A DNA stretch of 55,425 nt from a virus (IMGVR_UViG_3300047089_000323:1-55425), one strand, 5' to 3'; shown: positions 27,364-37,167, counted from the stretch's first letter. Translations and numbers: made by a program. Notes: a model not told the origin generated them from the letters alone.

Positions 27364-28328
27364 CAGCCGCTCCGGAACGGGAAGACGACTTCCACGACAT
27401 CGTCGGTGCCGATGCCGAGGTCCTGCATCAGGCCGGGCGACAGGTCGGCGACACGGCCGGTGTTTTCGTTGGGGCCCCAGTCGGCCGGAAACGCGGTGAG
27501 CGCGATGCCGGTGTCGGGCGCGCGCACCAGCGCGATTTCGCCGCCCTTGAGCATGTCTTTCGAGGTCACGGAATAATCCCAGCGGCAGGCGACGTAGTGG
27601 ACGTACGGGTTGAGCCGGCGCGCGAGCCCGCTGGTGCCGCTCGGCTGATATGGCAGGAACAGGTGCGGCGCCTCGGCGATCTCATGGATGAAGGCTAAAT
27701 CCTCATCCGGCGACACGCCTTCGTCCTCGGGGCCGCCGAAGGTCGAGCAATTGCCGGCGGCCTCGAACAGCGCCTCCGATGCCGGTGGCGGCGCTTCCAC
27801 TTCGCTGCCGCCGCCGAGCACGTTGGCGATGGCCAGGCAGATTTCGTCGAATTGATCTTCGTAGCATTCGCAATCGGCTTCCGAGTCCACGAAACAGACC
27901 TCGATCAGAATCGCCGGCATCTCGGTGTTGTTGAGGAAGAACAGGTCGGTGCGCTTCTTGCCGCCACGATTGATGAAGCCGCCGGCCTCGGCGATCGCCG
28001 CCGACATCTGACCGGCGAGCGCGCTCTGCGTGACGTAGAGCACCTCGACGCCCATCGGCTTCTCGACTTGCTCGTAGCAATTGAAATGAATCGAGCAGTC
28101 GAGATCGCGGGTCTGCGCGTTGTGATAGTCTACGATAGTATTGAGGTTCTCATTCTGGCTGTCGCTGGTGTCGTCGTGAAACACTTTTACGTCCACGCCG
28201 CGTTTGCGCAACTCATCGGCCACGCACTCGACTACGTTGCGCGCTTCATCGACTTCATCGATGATGCCGCTGGCTCCACGCACGAACTTCCCGTGGCCGC
28301 TCGAGATGACGACACGCTCGTAACTCAT
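27363..28328 (-). CDS. endolysin: N-acetylmuramoyl-L-alanine amidase (Amidase_3) with a C-terminal RlpA/DPBB-like domain
   Basis: VVISSGHG...E...SIHFN...AILIEVCFVD zinc-amidase motifs; DWGP...RVADLS motif. Confidence 0.88.
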   Translation of the reverse strand: MSYERVVISSGHGKFVRGASGIIDEVDEARNVVECVADELRKRGVDVKVFHDDTSDSQNENLNTIVDYHNAQTRDLDCSIHFNCYEQVEKPMGVEVLYVTQSALAGQMSAAIAEAGGFINRGGKKRTDLFFLNNTEMPAILIEVCFVDSEADCECYEDQFDEICLAIANVLGGGSEVEAPPPASEALFEAAGNCSTFGGPEDEGVSPDEDLAFIHEIAEAPHLFLPYQPSGTSGLARRLNPYVHYVACRWDYSVTSKDMLKGGEIALVRAPDTGIALTAFPADWGPNENTGRVADLSPGLMQDLGIGTDDVVEVVFPFRSG

Positions 28329-28477
28329 TTCTTGCGCCCCAGCGCCTTCTGGCCCTTGCGGTCCTCGGCCTTGTCCTGCGCGGTTTGCTCGTAAGCCTTG
28401 AGTGGGACGCCGAGCTTCTTGGCGCCCTTGCGGTCCTCGGCGAGGTCGCGCTTTGAGCCTTCGTACTTCTTGGCCAT
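28325..28477 (-). CDS. small basic protein (MAKKYEGSKRDLAEDRKGAKK...)
   Basis: 50 aa, TGATG and ATGA coupling; internal AEDRKG repeat. Confidence 0.65.
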   Translation of the reverse strand: MAKKYEGSKRDLAEDRKGAKKLGVPLKAYEQTAQDKAEDRKGQKALGRKK

Positions 28478-30453
28478 CAGAGTGCTCCCTGCTCGATGAA
28501 TTTCAGGACTTCGTCGAGATCCATCCAGGCCAGCCAGGCCTCGCGGTCCATGACGCCGTACGACGCGAGCAACCGACGCTTGGCCGGGAAGTAGGCGAGC
28601 CCGGCGGCGAATTCGATCTGGCGCTCGGAAAACACGAACGGCGGGGACACCCCGAGCACGGCGCCGGCCGGTCCCAGACGCACGAAGCGGTGGGAGTAGA
28701 ACCGGTTGGACTTGCCCGGGATGGCGCCGGCTTCGTGCGCCAGGGCGAGGTAATGACCGTCGGCTTCGATGACCTGGCTGCCGCCGCTCAGATGCTCGAC
28801 CGCCAGCGTGGGATCGTGGCGGGCGGCGAACGCGCCGGTGCAATCGACCATGGCGCCGAGGCGATAGACGAATTGCAGGTCGTCCGCGCGCACGAATGGC
28901 TGCCAGTTTTTTTCATGGGCGCGTTGTTTTGGCTGCATCCGGCGCCAGCCGTCTCCGATGCCGTCGGAGGAGACCGGCGCCAGTACCATCTCGCAGATGC
29001 CATCGGTATTGAATTCGCGCACGGTGGCGCTGACCCATAGCTGCTCGTTCCATTCGAACAGCCGGCAGTCCTCGAGCCCGCGCACCTGGCTGTATTGCGG
29101 CGGGTCGGGCCAGTTGTCCGGCAGCGCGAGCTCGCTCACGAAGTCGGCCCGCCCGTCGGGGTCGATGTCGACCAGGAAATTGCGGGTGCGGATCGCGCTG
29201 TCGCCGCCCATGTCATACGCCCCGGTGGGCGTGATGCGATAATTGACGGCGCGGGCGAGCGTGACCGGCCGGCCGCGCCAGTTGACCACGGATGGATTGG
29301 TGAAGACGTAGCCGGCGGGCGGGTCGAGGTGCAGCCGCGTGGGCCGGAACGACGGTATGTGCGAAGCGAGCGGCGCCAGGTACCAGTAGAGGTTGGCGCG
29401 AGCCTGCGCGCGGGTGCCGGCGGGGATCGAGCGATCGAGCGCGAGCGCGTTGCAGATGGCGGCGCCGCGGGCGCGCCGGGCCGGGTCGTAGTAGGCGCAG
29501 ACGCTGAACTCGGAACGGGCGCCGGCGGAATAGACGAAGTCGTTCACGAACAGCTGGTCGTCCTGCGGGTAGGGCGTGCGCATCGCAGCCTCCGAGAACA
29601 GCAGCGAGGTGAAATTCTCCCCGCGCTCGCGATAGTCCTTGGCGAGATCGTAGAGGGTCTCGGCGCGTTGCGGGCGCAGCTCGTAGGCCTTGAGCAACTC
29701 GTGCACGAACCCGGCCTGGTTACCGAGGTTGCCCAGGCAGTGCGCGACGTGAAGCTGGCTGTTCCATACCTCCTCCGCATAACCGCCGAGAGTGACGCGT
29801 TTGCGATAGTGAATGAGCGCATTGGTCCAGTCACCGAGGTCGAAGAACGATTGCCCCAGGTAGAAATGATACCTCTGTATGAGTCCTGGATCGGTTTCTG
29901 TTCGCAGCGCCTCCTCGAGCAGGGCGATGTCGCGGGCGAACTTTTCCGGCCGGTTGGCGCCGTCGGCGTGATCGATGAATTCGGCGCCGTCCAGGACGCC
30001 GGCGGTCGGCACGGCCAGGAATTCGTGGGTCACCCCTCTGTATTCGGCAGGAGCATTGCGATGCAGCAGACGGCGATTGTAATAACTGACAGTTCCGGCC
30101 GTTTGCTTAATATCGAAGGCTTGCCCGCGATGACCGTTGATCCAGCCGGGCGTGTGGACGCGGAGCTCCATGTCCGCGTCGCTGAGCAGGAGCCATTCGA
30201 AGGCGAGCGGGCTCGAACGCGCGATCGCTAGCGCATCATTGCGTGCCTGCGCGAAGTTAACGAACGGAGCGTGCGCGATCTCCACCGGCTTGCCGGCGGC
30301 GGCGAACATTTCCCGGATCAGATCGGGGGTTTTGTCCGTGGATCCGGTGTCCACCACGACGGCGCAATCGACGTGCGGCATGAGGCTCGCGATGCAGCGT
30401 GGCAGCACCGCGGCCTCGTTACGAACGATCGCATGCCAGGCGAGCTTCGCCAT
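28477..30453 (-). CDS. GT2 glycosyltransferase with TPR region and C-terminal beta-propeller glycoside-hydrolase-like domain
   Basis: IVRNEA...VVVDTGSTD...NFAQARN...DAD...VTHE; TPR-like helices; GLEDCRLF, EKNW, SGGSQ motifs. Confidence 0.85.
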   Translation of the reverse strand: MAKLAWHAIVRNEAAVLPRCIASLMPHVDCAVVVDTGSTDKTPDLIREMFAAAGKPVEIAHAPFVNFAQARNDALAIARSSPLAFEWLLLSDADMELRVHTPGWINGHRGQAFDIKQTAGTVSYYNRRLLHRNAPAEYRGVTHEFLAVPTAGVLDGAEFIDHADGANRPEKFARDIALLEEALRTETDPGLIQRYHFYLGQSFFDLGDWTNALIHYRKRVTLGGYAEEVWNSQLHVAHCLGNLGNQAGFVHELLKAYELRPQRAETLYDLAKDYRERGENFTSLLFSEAAMRTPYPQDDQLFVNDFVYSAGARSEFSVCAYYDPARRARGAAICNALALDRSIPAGTRAQARANLYWYLAPLASHIPSFRPTRLHLDPPAGYVFTNPSVVNWRGRPVTLARAVNYRITPTGAYDMGGDSAIRTRNFLVDIDPDGRADFVSELALPDNWPDPPQYSQVRGLEDCRLFEWNEQLWVSATVREFNTDGICEMVLAPVSSDGIGDGWRRMQPKQRAHEKNWQPFVRADDLQFVYRLGAMVDCTGAFAARHDPTLAVEHLSGGSQVIEADGHYLALAHEAGAIPGKSNRFYSHRFVRLGPAGAVLGVSPPFVFSERQIEFAAGLAYFPAKRRLLASYGVMDREAWLAWMDLDEVLKFIEQGAL

Positions 30454-30458
30454 CGGGT

Positions 30459-30842
30459 CTACTTGTGATGATGAAGAATAGCTTCGACGATGTCGGACTT
30501 GGTCCAGCTATGATTGACGTCGACGCCTTCCGCCTCTGCTTCCGATATCAATTCCTCTTTCGTCATCTCATTGAGCTGTGCCCGGGTTGCCCGGGCCCCG
30601 CGAGCCGCGCCGCTGGCCCCGGTGGTGCCGGTCGTGCCGGTCGTGCCGGTCGTGCCGGTGGTTCCGGTCGTGCCGGTGGCGCCACCGCCGGTCGGCCCTT
30701 CCTGCACCTGCATGACGTCGAACTCCTCGCCCGGCGCGGCCATGGCCGTGATCTGCGCGATCGCCTCTTCGCGGGTTTCGGCCTCGACGGTCCCGGTGAG
30801 GACTTCGGAGGTCTTGCGGCCCTTGTAGCTGAACGTCGGCAT
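30459..30842 (-). CDS. small protein with a GTT-repeat linker and C-terminal Rho-N/HeH-like domain
   Basis: GAT(GTT)6GAS; LNEMTKEELISEA...TKSDIVEAIL. Confidence 0.7.
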   Translation of the reverse strand: MPTFSYKGRKTSEVLTGTVEAETREEAIAQITAMAAPGEEFDVMQVQEGPTGGGATGTTGTTGTTGTTGTTGTTGASGAARGARATRAQLNEMTKEELISEAEAEGVDVNHSWTKSDIVEAILHHHK

Positions 30843-30866
30843 CGGCTTTGCTCCCTTGGTTGAGAT

Positions 30867-33158
30867 CTATCCCGGCCCGCCTTGCGGCACTGGTGGCCGT
30901 GGCGCCGGCTGATTGCCGGCCACATTGCCCAGATTGCCCGCGGGCGAGTTGTTGCCCGGTGACGGTTGGTTGCCCTGTGCGAGCTTGGCGGCTTGCGCCA
31001 TGCCGCCGGCGGGCGGTGGCGGCATTCCCGGCGGTCCGTTCGGCGGCGGGGGCCCCATGCCCGGCTGACCACCGGGCGGTGGTGCGCCCATGCCTGGAGC
31101 TTGCGACGCGAGTAATCCGGCGGTCAGTTCGCTGGCAATTTTTTGGACGCCTAATTCCACGCCCATCTGCACGCCCTGCTCCACGCGCTGGTTCAAGGCT
31201 TGTTGCTCGGCGCCCTGCTGTTGCGCCTGTTGCTGCTTATCGAGTTCATCGTCACTAGGAACAATCTCGTCACCATCGAGCCCGATTGTTTTTGAAACAC
31301 TGCGCAATACCGCACCGCGGCCCTTCAAACCCATTATGCCCTGGTCAACCGGGTTCATCGTATGTTGCAGGAATTCAAGCTGTCGTTGACGTTGTGTTTC
31401 GCGCTGGATCGCGACGTTGACGCCCTGCACGCTTACGTTCTCCTCGCCGGTGAGAAGGCCGGTAGTGTCGGAAAGCAGGATCAGATCGACGAGCTGCAGC
31501 ATCGCCACTTCGAATACATCGCGATCGATCGAGGCCGCTACCGTCTGCAAAATTTTGCTTGCGTTGCCCATCAGCATCGCCAGGCCGGATGCTGTTCTTC
31601 CCGCACCTCCGCCCGGCTGCCCGCCGATGTATTTGGGGATGGCGCTGATATCGTCCGACAAGTCCACGAACGCCTTGAAGACCGTCAGCAGGTCTTGTGA
31701 GTTTGATTGTGGCTGGAAGAACTCGATCGGCGGCTTGGCGTTGTTGCCGACCGGATCGGTGCGGACATGAAAACGTTTCCAAGGATACAGCTCTTCGCCG
31801 TTCTCTTCCGGCGCCAGACGATCATCATTTATTACCACCATCGGTCCGGAACTAATCGAAAGATTGTTCACCAGCGACCGCAGCGTGGCGTTGGCGACGT
31901 CCTGCAGGTCGGCGATCATGTCGACCAGGCCGTTGCCGACCGGGGTGCCAGGCACTTTCTCGAAGCTGGTTATGTAATACGGGTGTCTTGCGCGCGGTGA
32001 TGGCGACAGGTTGGCTTTGATGACGTGCGAGCCGATGACATAGGCGTCGATACGATAGTCGCGCAGCTCGTCGGCGATGCCGGGCATCCCGTAGTCCTGC
32101 AGCAGCCGGCCCTGGACGTTGCCGTGGAATTCCATTTGGGTGATCAGGCCGGAGCGGTTCCAGGCCGGGTTCTCGCGGGACTCCAGCACCGCGCGCTCGG
32201 CATCTGTCGTATCCCATGAGTCGTACAGACCGCCGCGGCCGTATTCGTCGAGCACGGCGCGGACTTCGTCCTGATTGAAGCCGGGGAGGTCGAGCAGATC
32301 GTTGAGCTCGGCGCGGGTGAGGCGGGATTTCTCGATGACGTTCGCCGACTCGATGTCGCCGACGCCGGGCGTCCACCACAGGTCGAAGGGCGACACTCGC
32401 GTCCACACCATTTTGGGGACTTGCTGGACGATCGGCTGGCCGTTGTTCCAGCGCACTTCCGGCATGATCTTGACGGTCGGCCCTTTGATGCAGGCGAACG
32501 GGAAGATCGGGAGGTCGACCAGGAACTCGGCGAGGGCGTGATAGAAATTACCCTCGCGCAGGAATTCCTCGATCTTGTCTTCGGCGATCTGGGCCTGGTC
32601 GGCGGCTTTCTTCTTGGCGGCGTCGCGCGCGGACTCCAGGAGGGCGGCGCGGCGCTTGCCGGTGTCGGCCGGATCGGGTTGCTGGCCGGTGGTCTGCATG
32701 ACCATCTGCTGCTCGTGCGCCATCAGCGCGTCGATCTTCTGGACGATTTCGGGCGGCACGTCGGGATCGGCGGGCGCGCGGATCGACCAGGGCTTGTCGG
32801 AGCCGAGATAGATGTCGCGCAGCAGCGAGGAGGCGGCGCGGCACTTTTGCGCGGTCAGGCGGGCGTAGACCTGTGAGCCGCCGAATTTGACGACTTCCTG
32901 GAATTTGGTCGGGGAGTACTGGCCGTTGAAGGTGCGCAGCGCTTCCAGCAGGCGGTTCGACCAGCCCGATGCGGTGTTGCGGTGATTGCGGAATACCTCG
33001 AATTGATTCCTAATAAAATTTGCCAGCGCCGGCGGTGCTGGTTCTGGTGGTGGTGCAGCCGCTTGCGAACGCTCCAATTGTTGTTGGCGTAAGTGAGCTT
33101 CGAGGGCGGCCGGTGGTACGACCTGAAGCACACTTGACTGGCCTAATGGATTAGCCAT
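30867..33158 (-). CDS. portal protein
   Basis: Likely start MANPLGQ at 33158; RVSPFDLWW, PGTPVGNG, GAGRTASGLAMLM are podovirus portal motifs; Gln/Pro-rich tail. Confidence 0.88.
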   Translation of the reverse strand: MANPLGQSSVLQVVPPAALEAHLRQQQLERSQAAAPPPEPAPPALANFIRNQFEVFRNHRNTASGWSNRLLEALRTFNGQYSPTKFQEVVKFGGSQVYARLTAQKCRAASSLLRDIYLGSDKPWSIRAPADPDVPPEIVQKIDALMAHEQQMVMQTTGQQPDPADTGKRRAALLESARDAAKKKAADQAQIAEDKIEEFLREGNFYHALAEFLVDLPIFPFACIKGPTVKIMPEVRWNNGQPIVQQVPKMVWTRVSPFDLWWTPGVGDIESANVIEKSRLTRAELNDLLDLPGFNQDEVRAVLDEYGRGGLYDSWDTTDAERAVLESRENPAWNRSGLITQMEFHGNVQGRLLQDYGMPGIADELRDYRIDAYVIGSHVIKANLSPSPRARHPYYITSFEKVPGTPVGNGLVDMIADLQDVANATLRSLVNNLSISSGPMVVINDDRLAPEENGEELYPWKRFHVRTDPVGNNAKPPIEFFQPQSNSQDLLTVFKAFVDLSDDISAIPKYIGGQPGGGAGRTASGLAMLMGNASKILQTVAASIDRDVFEVAMLQLVDLILLSDTTGLLTGEENVSVQGVNVAIQRETQRQRQLEFLQHTMNPVDQGIMGLKGRGAVLRSVSKTIGLDGDEIVPSDDELDKQQQAQQQGAEQQALNQRVEQGVQMGVELGVQKIASELTAGLLASQAPGMGAPPPGGQPGMGPPPPNGPPGMPPPPAGGMAQAAKLAQGNQPSPGNNSPAGNLGNVAGNQPAPRPPVPQGGPG

Positions 33159-33160
33159 TT

Positions 33161-33937
33161 TCAAACTCTGGCAACGCGGCGGGCCGCGCTCGCGCAAGTG
33201 CGGCTACAATATTTTGCTTGGCTAAGCATGGCTTGATTCACATAGCGCGCCTTACCACAAACGTTACACGCGATCTCTGCTCCCGATCGCGATAATCCAC
33301 GGGTGCGATCTCCTTGTCGCGATTTACCAGAGCATTCGAGGCTACAAAACTTTGCTTTGGCAAAATGTACTGGCGACACGTATCTCAATTTGCCACATAC
33401 AGCACAGGCGATTTCTTTGCCGGAAGGGACAATGGTCCGTCCGATATTTGTGCATTTGCGACTACAATATTTTGCTACGGCAAACTCAAAGGGCTGCTTA
33501 TAGCTCGGCTTGCCGCAGACAAGACAGACGAAGGCTTTGCCGGTTCGAATTTGCGGCCTTGTCACAAGGTTGTGGATTTCAGGGTGTTCAAGCGCATGGC
33601 ATGGAGCGCAAAGCACCATGATATTCGAAGGATCGAGCCTCCGTTCAGGTGCACTGGCGTGAGATTCAACGTGGTGGCCGTGTAGCTTTTCCGTAGCTGC
33701 ACAGCGCTGACAATGCGCAACCTCTCGGACTATTGCGCGCACCATAGCCCTCTCAGCGCTATTGCGTTGAGCAATTCCGCCTTTCCATCCAGGGTGATTG
33801 GTTTTGTCGCCTTGAAGCCGGCCTTTTATGTAGCATTCACGCGAGCAAAACAGCATTTTTGTTTTGCCGTGCCTGCGTTGAAAAGTTGCTCCGCAATGCT
33901 GGCAAACACCACTATCCAAAGGTTTTCGAGCGTTCAT
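33161..33937 (-). CDS. HNH endonuclease with multiple CxxC...(Y/F)CSxxC zinc-finger repeats
   Basis: HPGWKGG; CQRC...HGHH...NIMVLCAPCHALEH; lower GC; likely start ATG 33937. Confidence 0.85.
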   Translation of the reverse strand: MNARKPLDSGVCQHCGATFQRRHGKTKMLFCSRECYIKGRLQGDKTNHPGWKGGIAQRNSAERAMVRAIVREVAHCQRCAATEKLHGHHVESHASAPERRLDPSNIMVLCAPCHALEHPEIHNLVTRPQIRTGKAFVCLVCGKPSYKQPFEFAVAKYCSRKCTNIGRTIVPSGKEIACAVCGKLRYVSPVHFAKAKFCSLECSGKSRQGDRTRGLSRSGAEIACNVCGKARYVNQAMLSQAKYCSRTCASAARRVARV

Positions 33938-33971
33938 GCTTGCTTCCCTGGTAGATGTATAGAACACAACT

Positions 33972-33987
33972 GTTAACTATTCCTTAA
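33972..33987. promoter_or_regulatory. CtrA box in the divergent portal/terminase control region
   Basis: Minus strand reads TTAA GGAATAG TTAAC. Confidence 0.7.
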
Positions 33988-34056
33988 GGAATTTGGCGAT
34001 AAGATATCCGGCGCCTCGGGCGCGGGGCAAGGACGGGGCGCAGCGCAGGAGCATGC

Positions 34057-34620
34057 ATGGCGGACATCCCCGACGGCTTCGACGAAGCCAAGATGAACAA
34101 GCTGGCGCGCGAGGAAGTGATGAACGTGCGGCGCTGGCCGGACGTGCTGGAGGACTTCGGCATCTCGGCGGCGGAGTTCTATCAAATCTCGAAAGACCCC
34201 ATTTACCGGCGGGCCAAGGCGGCGTTCGCGCTCGACTGGAACGCCACCACCGCCGCGCCGGAGCGGGTCAAGGCGATCGCGGCCATCCTGCTCGAGCGCG
34301 GGCTGCCGATCATCGACCGCCGCATGCACGACGCTGGCGAGCCGTTCAACTCGGTGATCGAGGCCTATAAGAACCTGGCGCGGTCGGCCGGCATCGGCGA
34401 GGCCAAGGCCGAACCGCGGTCGAGCGAACGTTTCCAGATCACGATCAACCTTGGTGACGACGACATCAAGACCTACGACAAGGCGATCGCGGGCGCGGTC
34501 GACGACGCGGCCGGCGACACCGAAGTAATCGACGCGCCGCGGGTGATCGAAACGAAGCCCGCGAGCCCGCCGGTATCACCCTTCAAGCGCGGACGCGGGA
34601 GGCCGAAGAAACATGGCTAA
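34057..34620 (+). CDS. terS: terminase small subunit (putative)
   Basis: 187 aa, HTH-like N-terminus, FQITINLG; upstream of terL; AGGAG SD. Confidence 0.65.
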   Translation: MADIPDGFDEAKMNKLAREEVMNVRRWPDVLEDFGISAAEFYQISKDPIYRRAKAAFALDWNATTAAPERVKAIAAILLERGLPIIDRRMHDAGEPFNSVIEAYKNLARSAGIGEAKAEPRSSERFQITINLGDDDIKTYDKAIAGAVDDAAGDTEVIDAPRVIETKPASPPVSPFKRGRGRPKKHG

Positions 34621-34798
34621 GAAAAACTGGATGGCTGGCGCGGTGAAGAAGCCCGGCGCTTTGCACCGCTCACTTGGAGTCTCGGAAGGCGAGAAAATCC
34701 CGGCGGCGAAGATCGAGGCGGCCTCGCATTCGGACAATCCGACGCTGCGGAAGCGGGCGACGCTGGCGAAGACGTTTGCCAAGCATCGGCCTAAATGA
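34613..34798 (+). CDS. small basic phage protein
   Basis: KNWMAGAVKKPGALHRSLGV...KIP...RATLAKT, a familiar small phage protein. Confidence 0.75.
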   Translation: MAKKNWMAGAVKKPGALHRSLGVSEGEKIPAAKIEAASHSDNPTLRKRATLAKTFAKHRPK

Positions 34799-35370
34799 CA
34801 GCGCCTCACTGGCTGTATGAGGTCTTGGATCCCGACTTTGACGAGTTGGGCGGAGAACTCGCGCCCGCGCAACTGACGAGTCCGACGCCAGAACCTTACG
34901 GAAACCCCCGCACCCGTCACAGCCTGCAACGAGAATCTCTCCGCCGGACGACGGCGGTAGCCGTTGATGTAGACACCACAGTTTTCAAGCCTAGACGCAC
35001 GATCAAACCCAAGCGTGAGGTCCCTGCGACGCGTCCTGCCGCGCTTGTTACGCCAATGGTGGCACCCGGACGCCCGGGCCGGCAGTATTACCAGGACTAT
35101 GATCTTCGGGCGGAGTGGGAAGCGCGTTGGCTGCGAGAAAGGGCGCAAGCCGAAGCCAAGGAGGCGGCCCGCAGGGCTGCATGGCCGACAGAGACCTTGT
35201 GCTGGAACATCGACGGTCAGGCTTTCGTGTTTCCCAAGCCGAGCTTCGGCATTCCTCTTGGCACTGGTCGTTGGTTCTTCGTCCGCAACTGCGATGTTGC
35301 ACTTATGACGGGACGAGGCTGGATCGAAAAAGCCCGTCTCGAAGACGTTGTTTGTTTCGGCAGTGGATAG
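34795..35370 (+). CDS. hypothetical protein
   Basis: 191 aa filling the gap to terL. Confidence 0.5.
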   Translation: MTAPHWLYEVLDPDFDELGGELAPAQLTSPTPEPYGNPRTRHSLQRESLRRTTAVAVDVDTTVFKPRRTIKPKREVPATRPAALVTPMVAPGRPGRQYYQDYDLRAEWEARWLRERAQAEAKEAARRAAWPTETLCWNIDGQAFVFPKPSFGIPLGTGRWFFVRNCDVALMTGRGWIEKARLEDVVCFGSG

Positions 35371-35373
35371 CAA

Positions 35374-36834
35374 ATGTCACTAACTTACACCGCGCCGCCG
35401 GCTTGCGGACGCTTCATGCGAAGCAATGCTTTTGGTCGCGTGATTGCCGGCCCTGTCGGGAGCGGGAAGACGACTGCATGTATCGTCGAGCTGCTGCGCC
35501 GGGCGATGGAGCAGGCGCCGGCTCCGGATGGCTACAGGTACACCAGAGTTGCCGTCATTCGCCAAACGCTGCGGCAATTGCGCGATACTGTTCTGAATGA
35601 CGCGCGAGCGTGGCTTGCAGGGCTCGGCGAGTGGAAGGTCAGCGAGAATACTTTTCATCTCAATTTCGGCGACGTGCGTTCGGAGTGGGTTTTCATCCCG
35701 CTCGAAGACGCGGCTGATCAGGCACGGCTACTGAGCATGCAACTTTCCATGGCATGGATCAGCGAGGCTATCGAGTGCAATTTCGACGTCGTGGCGCCGA
35801 TCAGCGGACGCATCGGGCGCTATCCATCAGCTAATAGAGGGACACCATCGTTCCATGGAATAATTGCCGATACCAACATGCCGACTGAAGGGACGCCGTG
35901 GCAGAAATTCATGGTGGAACCGCCGCCCAATTGGCAGGTGTTCATTCAACCATCCGGCATGGCTCCGAATGCGGAGAACTTGAATTATTTGCTGCAAACG
36001 GAGGAGACCATCAAACTTCCAATCAATCATTCATCGCGTCTTGCGCAGGGACGCCGATATTACGAACGCTTCATCGAGATGTACGGCAGCGAGGATCATC
36101 CGTGGATTAAGCGTTATGTTTATGCGGAATACGGCGAGGATCCTTCAGGCGAGGCGGTGTTCCGGGCGACGTTCAATCGGGGTTTCCATGTGGTTCCGGA
36201 CACCTTAGTGGTGCCTGGGTACCCCCTAGTCGTAGGGATCGACTTCGGCAGAAATCCATGGGCCTTGATCTGCCAGGTCGACCATCAGGGGCGATTGTTA
36301 GTTCACGAGGAAGTCCCGGCGGTGAACATCGGGCTGGAAAAGCAGGTCGAGGAGAAACTGCGGCCGCGCCTGTATTCGAACAAATACATCGGCTCGAAAG
36401 TGATATTGGTGGGCGATCCGTCCGGTGTCGCCAGGGGCACGATCGCGGAAGAGACGTCGTTCGACGCGCTCAAGCGCATGGGTCTGCCGGCGTTCCCGGC
36501 GCCGACGAACGACATCGACCCGCGGTTGCGCGCGGTGGAGACGCTGCTCAGCCGGCAGGTCGGCGGCAAGGCGGCGCTGCTGATCTCGGCGGCGGGCTGT
36601 CCGTTTCTCATTCGCGCCATGGCCGGCGGCTATCGTTTCAAAAAGCATCCCGGCGGCGGGCTGCGGGCGATCCCGGAGAAGTTCGACGCCGACGGCTTCT
36701 CGCACGTTTGCGACTGCCTGCAGCAGGTTTGCTTAGTTGTGCATGGCAATCTGGTGAACGAGTTCGCCCGCCGGCTCATTCCGCGCACCCGCAAGCAGGA
36801 GCGGCCGCGGGTGTCGGCGGCGGGGTGGACCTAG
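35374..36834 (+). CDS. terL: terminase large subunit
   Basis: Walker A GPVGSGKT, Walker B AWISE, coupling motif ADTN, nuclease GIDFG and SHVCD. Confidence 0.92.
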   Translation: MSLTYTAPPACGRFMRSNAFGRVIAGPVGSGKTTACIVELLRRAMEQAPAPDGYRYTRVAVIRQTLRQLRDTVLNDARAWLAGLGEWKVSENTFHLNFGDVRSEWVFIPLEDAADQARLLSMQLSMAWISEAIECNFDVVAPISGRIGRYPSANRGTPSFHGIIADTNMPTEGTPWQKFMVEPPPNWQVFIQPSGMAPNAENLNYLLQTEETIKLPINHSSRLAQGRRYYERFIEMYGSEDHPWIKRYVYAEYGEDPSGEAVFRATFNRGFHVVPDTLVVPGYPLVVGIDFGRNPWALICQVDHQGRLLVHEEVPAVNIGLEKQVEEKLRPRLYSNKYIGSKVILVGDPSGVARGTIAEETSFDALKRMGLPAFPAPTNDIDPRLRAVETLLSRQVGGKAALLISAAGCPFLIRAMAGGYRFKKHPGGGLRAIPEKFDADGFSHVCDCLQQVCLVVHGNLVNEFARRLIPRTRKQERPRVSAAGWT

Positions 36835-36856
36835 GGGCCCGGAAGCTGTTTACGGA

Positions 36857-37162
36857 TCAGGCGAAAACCAATCCGAGCGTGACCTCGTAGAGCATTCCGG
36901 ACGGTTTCGGATCGACGGTGACGGTGACGGCAGTGCCGGCGAGCGTGGCTGATCCGGCGCCGTCGATCACCATGACATCGACCGGCGGGGCGCCTTTCTT
37001 GACGTCCGGGTCGGCGAACCAGTTGACGAGGTGACCGCCCGGCCCTTGGGGAGTCTGCTCGCCGACCCAGTAGGGATCGGTCAGCAGATCGAAAGTGAAC
37101 GAGGTAGCGACCCCGTCGGCATGGGCGCGAACCAGGATGCGAATCCGCTTGGTGATGGCCAT
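36857..37162 (-). CDS. hypothetical beta-rich protein
   Basis: Start MAITKRIRILV with GGAG SD; convergent with terL. Confidence 0.55.
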   Translation of the reverse strand: MAITKRIRILVRAHADGVATSFTFDLLTDPYWVGEQTPQGPGGHLVNWFADPDVKKGAPPVDVMVIDGAGSATLAGTAVTVTVDPKPSGMLYEVTLGLVFA

Positions 37163-37167
37163 TGCCT

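Noticed and set aside
35374-36834. Intein or intron in the terminase large subunit
   Set aside because: Length and motif spacing are normal; no intein ends or group I core seen despite an AT-richer 5' half.
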